DNA of 64,000 nucleotides. Source: Macrostomum lignano. Lineage: Eukaryota. Both the position numbers and the translations under genes were made by a program. The notes below the pieces were generated by a model. The model had not been told where the DNA came from, did no database searches, and was given only the letters and a program-made list of their open reading frames with translations. The number at the start of each line of letters is the position of its first letter. The first letter of the stretch is position 1. The stretch lies in assembly GCA_002269645.1 (NCBI GenBank), contig NIVC01002067.1, forward strand, positions 62,001 to 126,000, written 5' to 3'. This document shows, piece after piece, positions 1 through 9,770 of this stretch.

Positions 1-977
1 TGAATTTCCGCCGAATGTTGAGTTCGCACGAATAAAACCGGGAAAATCGCGCAGACGAATCTCAACAGGAAAATCTTTCTCCTTTTACTCCGGCTGCCGG
101 GTTCTCAAGTCCGGGGGGAGGGTAGTCGTAATCGTAGCGGAGCGGTCGTGTAGCGGCGAGGTCGTTCAAATCGATGAAACACTGTAATTGAAGATTCCTG
201 ACTCCGTAAAATAATGCGTCGAATAGCTGAGTTTGCTACTTTCAGTAGGGTAGTTGCTGCCACCACCGTAATTTACGTATTACGGAACGGATAAGTCCCA
301 GAGCTATCTTTGAGATGAGGACTTGGTTATTTTACGCCCCACGGGCAAATGACTCAATAAATGCTATGGCTTATGTCAGCAGATAAATATAGATTAATGT
401 ATGGTTAATGGTTAACGTTATTATTATTAACTGTAAGCAGGCGAAAGTAAATAATATTATTATTATCGACGAGGATGATGTTCGCAGGCGGTACCTGGGT
501 GCTGAATGCGATCGGGATTTAATACAACTGGGCGCGCTGAATATTAAGTACGAACAGAAAGGAAAAATGCGGGCAGAGGAAGAGAAAAGGAGCGGGAGAG
601 CGAGGGAGAGAGAGAGAGAGCAGAGAGAATTAGCAATTACACCAAAAGATAAGGGGTTTAAATAGACCGCAGAAATGGTTCTCACAATGGAGCAACGGCT
701 GGGCTAGGTGATGGGCACGCACCATTCACAACATGGATTTTCGCAAAAGTTACCGTAATGAGCGCATTTTAACAAACCTCCAGTATGAGGGCATGCATGA
801 ACACCGCGTGGATTAAACGGTGGACAAACCCGATGGACGAAGTCCAACTCGGGGAAAGGTTGGACTCGAACCACGCTAAGGAAAAAAACAGAAACGAAGC
901 ATCACGCGGACAGTCAAAAATTAGTCACCGTCACAGGTCCCGTTCACTAAAATCAATAGTGGCATCCGCCTGCCACA
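1..977 (-). repeat. 3' LTR (truncated at the window start)
   Basis: Position 1 aligns to 7735 and 977 aligns to 8708. The LTR begins TGTGGCAGG on the minus strand. By eye I found only one AG-unit difference and one small indel/substitution near 890 versus 8622. Confidence 0.95.
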
Positions 978-1009
978 TGCGCGGGGCGGCCGGGGACATG
1001 TCGAACAAT

Positions 1010-1630
1010 TCAACGACCGCCGCCGTTGTAGCTGTAGCGGCCTCGGGCGGCGGAAATGCGGCCTCCGCGATTGGCTGAGCGAGTCACACGTTCGGCTCCG
1101 TTGGGCTGGGCTGGTGGGTCAGGCTGCTCATTGGCGGCTGCGAGGCCGGCGCTCGGGGGCCAGCCGTAAATCCGGACCTGGCCGTCTACTACGCTCAAGC
1201 GCTCAGGATACTTTTCAAAGGCCGTATCCCAATAAGCCTTCAGGCGGGGCAGCCAGCCATTCTGTAGCAGGCCTGCCTCCATGTAGGCGAGGGTGAGGAG
1301 CATGGCCATAGCGGGCCTGGCTCCGGCCGGCCCCTCACGTAGACTCTCCTCGGCGAGGGTGAGCTGCTGGTCCAGGACGGCCCTGGTGACTTCTGGTGGC
1401 GTCATTCCGCATAGAAAACGCCATTGTGCGTCGATTTGAATTCGGCCCTTACGAGCTGCCTGGCGCACGGCCTCTTCCATGGCTTGCTGGAGGCGGACGC
1501 GGGCAGGGGCTTCACCAGTGGCCGTGGCAGTAAGGGCGCGCATGGTGATAACCTCTTCCGGGTGCAACCATGGCGCCCGGGCGAGAGCAGCGCTCATTTC
1601 GGGGGCTTGACCGCGCGCAGGAGGCTCCAT
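1010..1630 (-). CDS. Extra ORF (~206 aa) downstream of integrase, function unknown
   Basis: ATG in a GCCATGG context 14 nt after the integrase stop. Reads MEPPARGQAPEMSAALARAPWLHPEE...YNGGGR*, a helical-looking non-repetitive protein that ends 33 nt before the 3' LTR. Confidence 0.6.
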   Translation of the reverse strand: MEPPARGQAPEMSAALARAPWLHPEEVITMRALTATATGEAPARVRLQQAMEEAVRQAARKGRIQIDAQWRFLCGMTPPEVTRAVLDQQLTLAEESLREGPAGARPAMAMLLTLAYMEAGLLQNGWLPRLKAYWDTAFEKYPERLSVVDGQVRIYGWPPSAGLAAANEQPDPPAQPNGAERVTRSANRGGRISAARGRYSYNGGGR

Positions 1631-1643
1631 GGCGATGGTCTTT

Positions 1644-3497
1644 TCAGATCTCGAGCTCCATACCGATGTCAGGCAGATCCGGGTCGCCTTCAGACAGCAC
1701 TTCCGGATGGCGGAGGCTCGGCTCGAACAATTGGCTGCCGCGCAGGTCAGGCTGAGCAGCGGCTGGCTGTTCTGGAGCGGGCTGATCGGCTGGGTCGACT
1801 TCGCTTTCGTCACTCGACTCGAAGGGCAGCATTGGCCGCTCTGTCTGGCGCGGCGGCTCCTGCGGTCGATCTGCCATAATCTGCGGCACCTTTATGATGT
1901 TGTTGCGGTGTACGAGCATTTCAGCTGGGCGTCCACGTCGGGCTGTTGCTGGCTGGATCCAGTAGGCTACTTCGCCGACCCTCCTGTTGACCTTGTACAT
2001 GCTTTTGTACGGCCGGTGAAACTTCGGCAGCTCGCCCAACTCGAGCTTCGGGTTGGCCAGGCAAACCAGGTCTCCGGGCTGCAGTTCCACGGGCTTGGGT
2101 CGGTTCTCGTAGTACTCTTCACGGCGTTGGATCTCAGCTCGCAATCGCTGTCGCACAATCCTTTCAGTCTCGGCCAGTCTACGCTGATGCTTTGCGATGT
2201 ACTCGGGGAGGTCCGGCGATACGTCCAGGCGGTCTAGGGTGTTATCGATCGGATACCGGTAGGGCACTCCGTAGATGACGTAATGCGGCGAGAATCCCGT
2301 CGTACGATTGACGGCTGATCTTAGAGCTGTCAGAGCGGCTGGCAGCATCTTGTCCCACTGTTGATGATCTTCGAGGAGACAAGTGAGCACCTTTTTGATG
2401 TTTTTGTTGCACGATTCAGCTTGACCGTTGGCCCAGGGCGAATATGGCGGCGTCGTTGTCTGCCGGATGCCATAGACTTCGCAGAAATGTCGAAACTCGT
2501 GCCCTGTGAACTGTTTGCCTTGGTCCGAATGGATCCACGCGGGGATTCCGGTGATCGGGAAGACTTGCTCTTGCAGGAGAGTTATTATCGTCTTGGCGCG
2601 CTGATTCTTCATGGCGAAGGCGAAGGGGTACTTTGACGTCGTGTCGACGTAGGTGAGGATGTACTTGTTGCCTCGGTCTGTCGGGTCTCCAGTGGGGCCC
2701 ATGATGTCGATCGCGCATCGCCCATAGATTTCGCAGACCGGAAATGATTGTACATGCGCTGGGATGCGTCGCCGTCCTTTACTCTGAGTGCAGGTCTGGC
2801 AGGAAGCGACATAGTCGGACACGGCCTTGGCCAGGGCCGGTCGCCAGAACCTCTCGCGCACCTTTGCGATGGTGAGATCTCGGCCCATGTGTCCGCAGTA
2901 GGGCGAACCATGCAGGTCGGCAAACACTGTGGCGTCGAGACTCTTCGGCAGGACGATCCTCGCATTGTCCTCCTCGCCAACATCGTCGAGATGGATGACT
3001 AATAGTCCGTCGTCTCGGACTTCCAATTGCTCATAGAATGCTAAGAGATTTCGCTCATCTCTTGTTAGATTTAATCGCTGATTCAGCGGCGGCTTCGGTT
3101 GTCGACTTTCAATTAAGTTGATCATCATCGCGATGGCGGAGTCGGCACGCTGATGGGTCTGGAGCTCCTCACGTGTGACTGGTCTCGGGATGTGATCAGT
3201 TAAGTTCAAAGTTTGGCGTCTGTTAGTCGAATTAGTCGGCGCGGCTTCGGCTGTGGCGGCATGGTTCGGGGTCTGGAGCTCCCTCCGCATAGTCGCTACT
3301 CTGGCCGGTTGCCGGGTCGATGAAGAATTTGAGGGCCGATCCTCGTCGGTCATGTCAGCGTCGGCTTCGTCAGCATTAGATTCGTCAGCAGATGAGAGTG
3401 AGTCAGCGGAACTGTCGGTATCAAGGCTGAATCTCACCTTCTTGAACACGGACGGCGAGCGGGTTGGCAGCGGTCTTCGTTGGCTGCGCTGTGGTCG
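1644..3497 (-). CDS. pol: pol C-terminal part: acidic linker plus integrase
   Basis: LHGSPYCGHMG...CQTC zinc-binding motif; catalytic IDIMGP, SDQG and QAES; C-terminal SH3-like AYWIQP...VHRNNI; no chromodomain seen. It is in the -1 frame relative to the RT ORF, and the frame is open from ~3497. Confidence 0.93.
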   Translation of the reverse strand, partial: RPQRSQRRPLPTRSPSVFKKVRFSLDTDSSADSLSSADESNADEADADMTDEDRPSNSSSTRQPARVATMRRELQTPNHAATAEAAPTNSTNRRQTLNLTDHIPRPVTREELQTHQRADSAIAMMINLIESRQPKPPLNQRLNLTRDERNLLAFYEQLEVRDDGLLVIHLDDVGEEDNARIVLPKSLDATVFADLHGSPYCGHMGRDLTIAKVRERFWRPALAKAVSDYVASCQTCTQSKGRRRIPAHVQSFPVCEIYGRCAIDIMGPTGDPTDRGNKYILTYVDTTSKYPFAFAMKNQRAKTIITLLQEQVFPITGIPAWIHSDQGKQFTGHEFRHFCEVYGIRQTTTPPYSPWANGQAESCNKNIKKVLTCLLEDHQQWDKMLPAALTALRSAVNRTTGFSPHYVIYGVPYRYPIDNTLDRLDVSPDLPEYIAKHQRRLAETERIVRQRLRAEIQRREEYYENRPKPVELQPGDLVCLANPKLELGELPKFHRPYKSMYKVNRRVGEVAYWIQPATARRGRPAEMLVHRNNIIKVPQIMADRPQEPPRQTERPMLPFESSDESEVDPADQPAPEQPAAAQPDLRGSQLFEPSLRHPEVLSEGDPDLPDIGMELEI

Positions 3498-6229
3498 CTA
3501 TCCTCGTCGCCTTCAGCTAGTAGCCGGCGGCTCCTTGGCGGGCAACATGTCGTGCTGCTAAAGCTGGTGGGCGACCTCTGTGAGTCCCGATAACGACTGG
3601 CAGATGGCCTCGACTTCGTCGCCGGCGGATGCAGCTCTGTCAGCGGCTTGCTGTCGGCTGTCGGTGTTGCGGGCGGCGTAGTCTCGCCGTTGGACTCAGT
3701 TGATTTCGTCGGCGGCTTTCGTCGGTGACGGCGGGTCGGTCGCTTCTTGCTCGGTGGAGGACTAGGGTGGCTGCTGTCGTGGACCTTCGGCGCCGCTGCG
3801 CCAGTTATCGCGGCTGGCTGCTTACTTTGCTCCTCGACGGCGGCCTCTCGCTGAGCCTCCTCCAAACATTCAGCGTCGTCCTCAGGCCGTCTTGAGAGGC
3901 CGTCGGCGTTTTGGTGCTGACTTGATTTTCGATGCTGGATCTCGAACTCGAATTCGCTGAGGCGCTGTAGCCATCGTCCAAAGATTCCTTCTTGCTGAGT
4001 TCGCCTCAGGATCCAGGTTAATGCGGCATGATCGGTTCGGCAGATGAACTTCTTGGCCAGCAGGTAGAATCTGAAGTGTCGCATTCCATCTACGACTGCC
4101 AAAAGTTCCTGTTTCGTAATCGGATAACGGGCTTCGGCCGGTTTGAGTCGCCGGGAGAAATAGCCGATTGGTCGCTCTACTCCATCCGCTTGGCGTTGGC
4201 TCAGGCAGGCTCCGATTCTGGTCGCAGAAGCATCCGTGTCCAGGATAAACATTACTTCCGGATCCTCGCTGAACTGCGGATACGCGAGCACTGATGTCGA
4301 AGTCATGGCTGCTTTGAGCTGATCAAACGCGTCTTGCTGGGCTTTTCCCCATAGACAATTGAAATTTCTAATCTTCTTTTCCTTGATTAGGTCGTGGAGC
4401 GGAGCTGCAAGTTCTGCGTAGCCAGGTACGAATTTAGCATAGTAAGCGCACGTGCAGACAAAACTCTTAAGCTGTCGGGCTGTTCTTGGTCTTGGCCAGG
4501 TTTGAATAGCTTCGATTTTCGCCGGGTCGGTCTTGATTCCATCTTTGGTTACTACGTGTCCCAGGTAGTTGAGGCTTGCCCGAAATAAATGGCACTTCTT
4601 GCCTTTGAACTTTAGATTAGCTTCTTGGACTCTCTTAAATACTTCTTCCATATGTCGTAGGTGGTCGTTAAATTTCTTAGAATAGACGATTACGTCATCC
4701 AGGTAGGCGATAGCACTTTTGTAGGCAATCCCGTTGAGCACAGCGTTCATGAGGCGCATGAAGCTGGCTGGAGCTGAACTTAATCCCATTGGCATAACAT
4801 TGTAGGCGAACTGTCCGCGGTGCAGCGTGGCGAAGGCAGTCAGGTCTTGGTCTTCCGGACGCAGAGGAATCTGATAGTAGCCGCTATTCAAATCGAATGT
4901 ACTAAATAGCTGGCTTCCTTCGAGGCTGGCGAATGCTTCTTGAATATTAGGAATCGGGTACGGAAAGTACTCACACTTTTGATTCAGACTCCGGAAATCT
5001 TGTACAATTCTTAGGCTGCCGTCCTTCTTCGGGATGATCACCAGCGGGGTGTTGTAGCTGGAGAAGCTCGGTCGAATCACGCCTTTGGCCAGCAGATCGT
5101 CGAGTAACTGGTCCACCTTGGGTAGCAGGTGCGGCGGGATCCTTCGCGTTGGGAGATGCACCGGATCTTTGTCCTTCAGTACGATGTTGTGGGTGACCAG
5201 ATGAGTTCGGCCGAGATCGTGTGGCCCCTGCGAGAAGATGGTCTGGTACTTTCTCAATAGCTCGATGACTTGAGCGCGCTGGTCACTGGACAGATCCTCG
5301 CTGATATCGATCTCCTTAATCCAAGCATCGGGATCCTCGTCTTGGATTTGATTGACAGAGTCTTCTGATTTCAGCAGCGGGAAGAAATGTAGCTCGGGCA
5401 GTCTGATTGGTCTAGCAATCCCGACTAGGGCATTCGCTCGCACTTTGATGGCTGTAGTGCCACGGTTGATCATTTCGATAGCGCCATCTCCATTAGCCAT
5501 GGAAATCAGGGCAGGCGCGGCGTCCAAGTGCTGCACATCTTCTTCGCGACGAGCCGGTTTCAGCGGCTCGATCACGGCGGGTGTACCCTGGTTTTCTTCC
5601 CGTCCTTTGGCTAATTTGATTTTAATTCGGGCAGATGATAACGGCGGCACAGTGGTGCTCTCGGCCGTGTAGATTCTGCACGTTGTAGCTTCGGTTCGCG
5701 TGTAGCGAAGCGGTGCGGCTGTGCCGTCCTTGAAAAACAGCATTCCGGCGGCGAGGTCCAGTGATGTGCTGTACTTCTCCAGGAACTCGAAGCCCAGAAT
5801 GTTGTCATGCGATCCTTTCGCTAGCAGAAACTTGACTGTAGGCTCGAAATTACCAATCTTCACTTTGATAGATAGTTCTCCTGCCATCTGAATTGGCTCA
5901 CCATTGTAGGTCACGATGCGCTGAAGGCAGGGCTTGATTTGGCCACGCAGGGTCGGGTCGTCAGTACATAGGCGGTGCCAGGTGCTGAATCCTAGGACTT
6001 CACACTTGGACCCGGTATCAAGCAAGAAAGCAAAATAGCGGCCTTGAATCTCACCAGTTAAAAACGGATCTCTCCGAGGTCGCTTGGGTGCAGAATTCTG
6101 TACAGGTGCGGCGGAGGCTGTCTCAGCAGTGGCCTGCTGAGCGACTAAAGTCCTCGGCGGGGACTTCAGTACTGGCGCGGCTGCTGGATGGCGCTGCCCC
6201 CGATGGCGCGTCCAGCCGTCCCGTTTCCC
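3434..6229 (-). CDS. pol: pol: aspartic protease, reverse transcriptase and RNase H, followed by a low-complexity linker
   Basis: LLDTGS; YNTPLVIIPKKDGSLRIVQDFRSLN; MPMGLSSAPASF; YLDDVIVYS; LDTDAS; ERPIGYFSRRL; ELLAVV; TDHAAL; NADGLSR. Confidence 0.97.
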   Translation of the reverse strand, partial: GKRDGWTRHRGQRHPAAAPVLKSPPRTLVAQQATAETASAAPVQNSAPKRPRRDPFLTGEIQGRYFAFLLDTGSKCEVLGFSTWHRLCTDDPTLRGQIKPCLQRIVTYNGEPIQMAGELSIKVKIGNFEPTVKFLLAKGSHDNILGFEFLEKYSTSLDLAAGMLFFKDGTAAPLRYTRTEATTCRIYTAESTTVPPLSSARIKIKLAKGREENQGTPAVIEPLKPARREEDVQHLDAAPALISMANGDGAIEMINRGTTAIKVRANALVGIARPIRLPELHFFPLLKSEDSVNQIQDEDPDAWIKEIDISEDLSSDQRAQVIELLRKYQTIFSQGPHDLGRTHLVTHNIVLKDKDPVHLPTRRIPPHLLPKVDQLLDDLLAKGVIRPSFSSYNTPLVIIPKKDGSLRIVQDFRSLNQKCEYFPYPIPNIQEAFASLEGSQLFSTFDLNSGYYQIPLRPEDQDLTAFATLHRGQFAYNVMPMGLSSAPASFMRLMNAVLNGIAYKSAIAYLDDVIVYSKKFNDHLRHMEEVFKRVQEANLKFKGKKCHLFRASLNYLGHVVTKDGIKTDPAKIEAIQTWPRPRTARQLKSFVCTCAYYAKFVPGYAELAAPLHDLIKEKKIRNFNCLWGKAQQDAFDQLKAAMTSTSVLAYPQFSEDPEVMFILDTDASATRIGACLSQRQADGVERPIGYFSRRLKPAEARYPITKQELLAVVDGMRHFRFYLLAKKFICRTDHAALTWILRRTQQEGIFGRWLQRLSEFEFEIQHRKSSQHQNADGLSRRPEDDAECLEEAQREAAVEEQSKQPAAITGAAAPKVHDSSHPSPPPSKKRPTRRHRRKPPTKSTESNGETTPPATPTADSKPLTELHPPATKSRPSASRYRDSQRSPTSFSSTTCCPPRSRRLLAEGDEDSDHSAANEDRCQPARRPCSRR
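6158..6229 (-). promoter_or_regulatory. Putative -1 programmed ribosomal frameshift signal for gag-pol
   Basis: G GGA AAC heptamer in the gag frame (6229-6223), a 6-nt spacer, then stem GCTGGA..GCGC / GCGC..TCCAGC. The loop CGGGGG is complementary to downstream TCCCCG. pol lies in the -1 frame. Confidence 0.8.
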
Positions 6230-6361
6230 GAGCTGCCGTTGCGCTGGGACGCGGTGCTGGCCGATCGCCGGTGCGGGCACTCATCGGCTCGATGCTCGCG
6301 ATTGCACCTGTAACACATGGCATTCTGCCGTCGCAACTGGTAAGGCGGCGGCCTTGAACTC

Positions 6362-6426
<65 letters not shown>

Positions 6427-7580
6427 ACGTGGACCTCCTGCTGGCGGCGTTTTCGGCGGCGGGTTGCTGCCGTCTCGTGGTTGCTGAAGTCGATGGAACG
6501 GTTGCTGTGGCACCATTCGCGTGCCGGGTGTCGTAAATTGGGCGCTTCCGTCAGCGCTGCGGCGAGGAGTCGAGGGTACCAGACATCTGGAGCGTTGGCC
6601 CCACGAGTCCCGCGGCTGGTGGCGAGGCTCCAATGGCTCCGGGGTGTCGTTGTCGCGCGATCCCCGTGAGTAGAATTCTCGCATCTCGTTACTCAATGTC
6701 TCCAGTAGGCGTCGCTGCTCCTGCAGAGTTTCGGCTTGTTGTTCCATCACTTCACGCAACCAGTTCTCCTCGGGCCGAGATGACTTGTCGTGTTGCACCA
6801 CAGTGGGCGTCTGACCATTGTCATCTTCGAGGACCCGGACATGTCTCGCTGCTGGCGGCGGTGCTACTCGCTGAGCCAGGCTAGCTGCTGTCTCCAAGCG
6901 TAGCACGGCCCGTCTCGCTGCGGTCGCACCAGGATTAGCTGTTCTCTCGCCGACTGAGCAATCCGCACTCCCACAGTGAACTGATCCACCAGTTCAGCCT
7001 GCTTCTGAACCGGGGTAAAATGCGGAAATGCTCTATCGGCCAGAGCAATTAGTCGATCGCCATAGTCGTCAACGCTCTCGTTCTTGCCTTGCTGGCAGCT
7101 TCGGAACTGCTCCCGGTACTCCAGCGTGTCGGCCACATGCGTAAAACGTTCAGACAATCGCTGTTTGAACTCACCAAACGTTAGATTATCTGGCAGCTCC
7201 ATCCTGACGACTGCGGGATAGGTGGTGGCGATGTCCAGATTCACGAGGACCTCCGCCTTCTTGCGTCTGTCGTCTGTGATCCCGTTGAGCTCGCAACGCT
7301 CCTCCAGAGCCTGGATCCAGACGTCGAATTCCTGGTTCTGCGTATACCGCTGAATCTTGACCGGTTTCGGCGCTGGAGCTCGATCCTGCTGCTGGGGCTG
7401 CTGGTACACGTGATGATGGTGTTGCGGCTGGCCCAGGCTGGTCTGCTCCAGTCGCCGGCGCACCTCTTCGGTCACCGCGCGAATCATCTCGTCGTAGGTC
7501 GGTCTTGTCGTTGAGTTGTCGGGGCCCGCGGCGTCGGCTGTCGCGTCCGCGGTCGTTGAATTAGTATTAGTTGAAGCCAT
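6166..7580 (-). CDS. gag: gag, split into two frames near 6910; carries polyQ and a zinc knuckle
   Basis: ATG at 7580 (MASTNTNS). Gag-like core PKPVKIQRY...FDVWIQALEERC...QFTVG, 21 CAG codons and CYRCNREHRADEC. The frame changes between LILVRP and AARRAVLRLETAA. Confidence 0.88.
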
Positions 7581-7701
7581 AGTAGTGTAGCGTTTGAACG
7601 ACTCGTTGAAAGGGTTTTGGCGTCTCGTTATCCCACCGCTGCCACCAATGAGGCGGGGGTGGAGGAGATTTTCTTGGAAATTGGGCGGTTTTGAAAATTT
7701 G

Positions 7702-7710
7702 CTGACACCA
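7702..7710 (-). promoter_or_regulatory. Primer binding site, tRNA-Leu-like
   Basis: TGGTGTCAG lies 1 nt after the LTR terminal CA. It matches the first 9 nt of a PBS complementary to a tRNA-Leu 3' end (...CUGACACCA); the tRNA sequence is recalled, not searched. Confidence 0.7.
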
Positions 7711-7711
7711 G

Positions 7712-8708
7712 TGAGCTGGGGCGGATTCCTCGTTTGAATTTCCGCCGAATGTTGAGTTCGCACGAATAAAACCGGGAAAATCGCGCAGACGAATCTCAAC
7801 AGGAAAATCTTTCTCCTTTTACTCCGGCTGCCGGGTTCTCAAGTCCGGGGGGAGGGTAGTCGTAATCGTAGCGGAGCGGTCGTGTAGCGGCGAGGTCGTT
7901 CAAATCGATGAAACACTGTAATTGAAGATTCCTGACTCCGTAAAATAATGCGTCGAATAGCTGAGTTTGCTACTTTCAGTAGGGTAGTTGCTGCCACCAC
8001 CGTAATTTACGTATTACGGAACGGATAAGTCCCAGAGCTATCTTTGAGATGAGGACTTGGTTATTTTACGCCCCACGGGCAAATGACTCAATAAATGCTA
8101 TGGCTTATGTCAGCAGATAAATATAGATTAATGTATGGTTAATGGTTAACGTTATTATTATTAACTGTAAGCAGGCGAAAGTAAATAATATTATTATTAT
8201 CGACGAGGATGATGTTCGCAGGCGGTACCTGGGTGCTGAATGCGATCGGGATTTAATACAACTGGGCGCGCTGAATATTAAGTACGAACAGAAAGGAAAA
8301 ATGCGGGCAGAGGAAGAGAAAAGGAGCGGGAGAGCGAGGGAGAGAGAGAGAGCAGAGAGAATTAGCAATTACACCAAAAGATAAGGGGTTTAAATAGACC
8401 GCAGAAATGGTTCTCACAATGGAGCAACGGCTGGGCTAGGTGATGGGCACGCACCATTCACAACATGGATTTTCGCAAAAGTTACCGTAATGAGCGCATT
8501 TTAACAAACCTCCAGTATGAGGGCATGCATGAACACCGCGTGGATTAAACGGTGGACAAACCCGATGGACGAAGTCCAACTCGGGGAAAGGTTGGACTCG
8601 AACCACGCTAAGGAAAAAAACAGAGCGAAGCATCACGCGGACAGTCAAAAATTAGTCACCGTCACAGGTCCCGTTCACTAAAATCAATAGTGGCATCCGC
8701 CTGCCACA
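7712..8708 (-). repeat. 5' LTR (997 bp, TG...CA)
   Basis: Starts TGTGG and ends CTCA on the minus strand, followed by the PBS; near-identical to 1-977. Confidence 0.96.
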
Positions 8709-8751
8709 CACGTATAAGTTTTGAACTTCGGACTATACGCGCGCGGGCGGG

Positions 8752-9009
8752 GGCCTTTTCATATTACCAATTCCAGAACCAGAACCGGTTCGGAATTCCA
8801 AGAAAAACAGCAGTATAACTATTAAACTCTGTTAATATTTGACTGCCTTAACAACCTAACTTAGCACAATTTTTCACTTTCTTCTTGGCGATTGTCATTC
8901 AATAATAAAAACTTTATAGCACGTATTTCCCTCTAGTTATGGAGACAAAAAGTTATACTTCACAAATTGGTTCTGGTTCTGGAACCAGAGCAAGCAATAT
9001 GAAAAGGCC
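8752..9009. mobile_element. MITE copy 1 (~258 bp), possibly PIF/Harbinger-type
   Basis: TIR GGCCTTTTCATATT...AATATGAAAAGGCC, subterminal CCAGAACCAGAACC / GGTTCTGGTTCTGG, and GGG on both flanks. Confidence 0.8.
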
Positions 9010-9770
9010 GGGCCTGGCGTCGTCAAACTTTGCTTTTTAATTGTCTGAGCCAAACTTACTACTACTACTACTACTACTACTACTGAGCTCTGGCTCTGGC
9101 ATTGGCTAAAATTGTAATATGGAATAGATATAAAATACTTTTTTTATTAGAGGCAGGGGGGTTGTGTGCACCCTGGCGCACTTTAAGCGACATAGGCACA
9201 CAACCGGCGAGAGGCATTACTGCCCATTCCGCCAACTCCCCTGAGAAGGCATACAAGCGCGCGGATACGTACGCAGGCACATAATCACACAGGAGTGCAC
9301 AGCGGTCCTAACTTTATTTTATCGTTAGGCATGTACACTTTACTGCGCCTTGCGGGTTGGCTCTCAAGGCCGTTAATTGCTCGAGCAGAGCCAAGCCGAG
9401 ATTCCAATTCAGCCCCAAATTAATGACTACACTTGGAGTCGAGACTGTGTCGCTGGCACACCAGAGCAGCTGCGCTAGGCCTACCTCTGGGCTACGCCCC
9501 CCCCCCCTATATAAAATACTTTGTTTCATTTAAAAATTAAATGAAATTAATAAATGCTAAATACATGAATGCTAACGTCATCATATTAACGTCAAATCAA
9601 TACTATCGTCATAATGTCTAACGAAATTGACAGTCTCTGAGTCACAGACAAAACTGGCTACCACTACCACTGGCACTTAGGCTGTGGCTTGTGGCAGCAA
9701 ACAAAACCATCGTCAGCAATATATTTATGTAGCTGTCTAACCGGCTGACAATAGTCAATATAGGCCCTAG

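Larger units (their letters stand above)
1..8708 (-). mobile_element. Ty3/Gypsy LTR retrotransposon, near full length; the left LTR is cut ~23 bp short by the window edge
   Basis: Direct repeats 1-977 and 7712-8708. Internal domain order on the minus strand is gag, protease (FLLDTGS), RT (YLDDVIVYS), RNase H (ILDTDAS...TDHAAL), integrase (HHCC and DDE), which is the Gypsy order. Confidence 0.97.

Noticed and set aside
371-1078. ORFs 371-685, 408-665 and 785-1078, and their twins at 8105-8648
   Set aside because: They lie in the LTRs and their frames differ between the two LTR copies because of the AG-repeat indel, so they are not under coding constraint.
1114-7000. Plus-strand ORFs over the retrotransposon (for example 1424-1879, 1629-2237, 5352-5672 and the polyAla ORF at 6354)
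   Set aside because: They are antisense shadows of GC-rich gag/pol codons and have no independent motifs.
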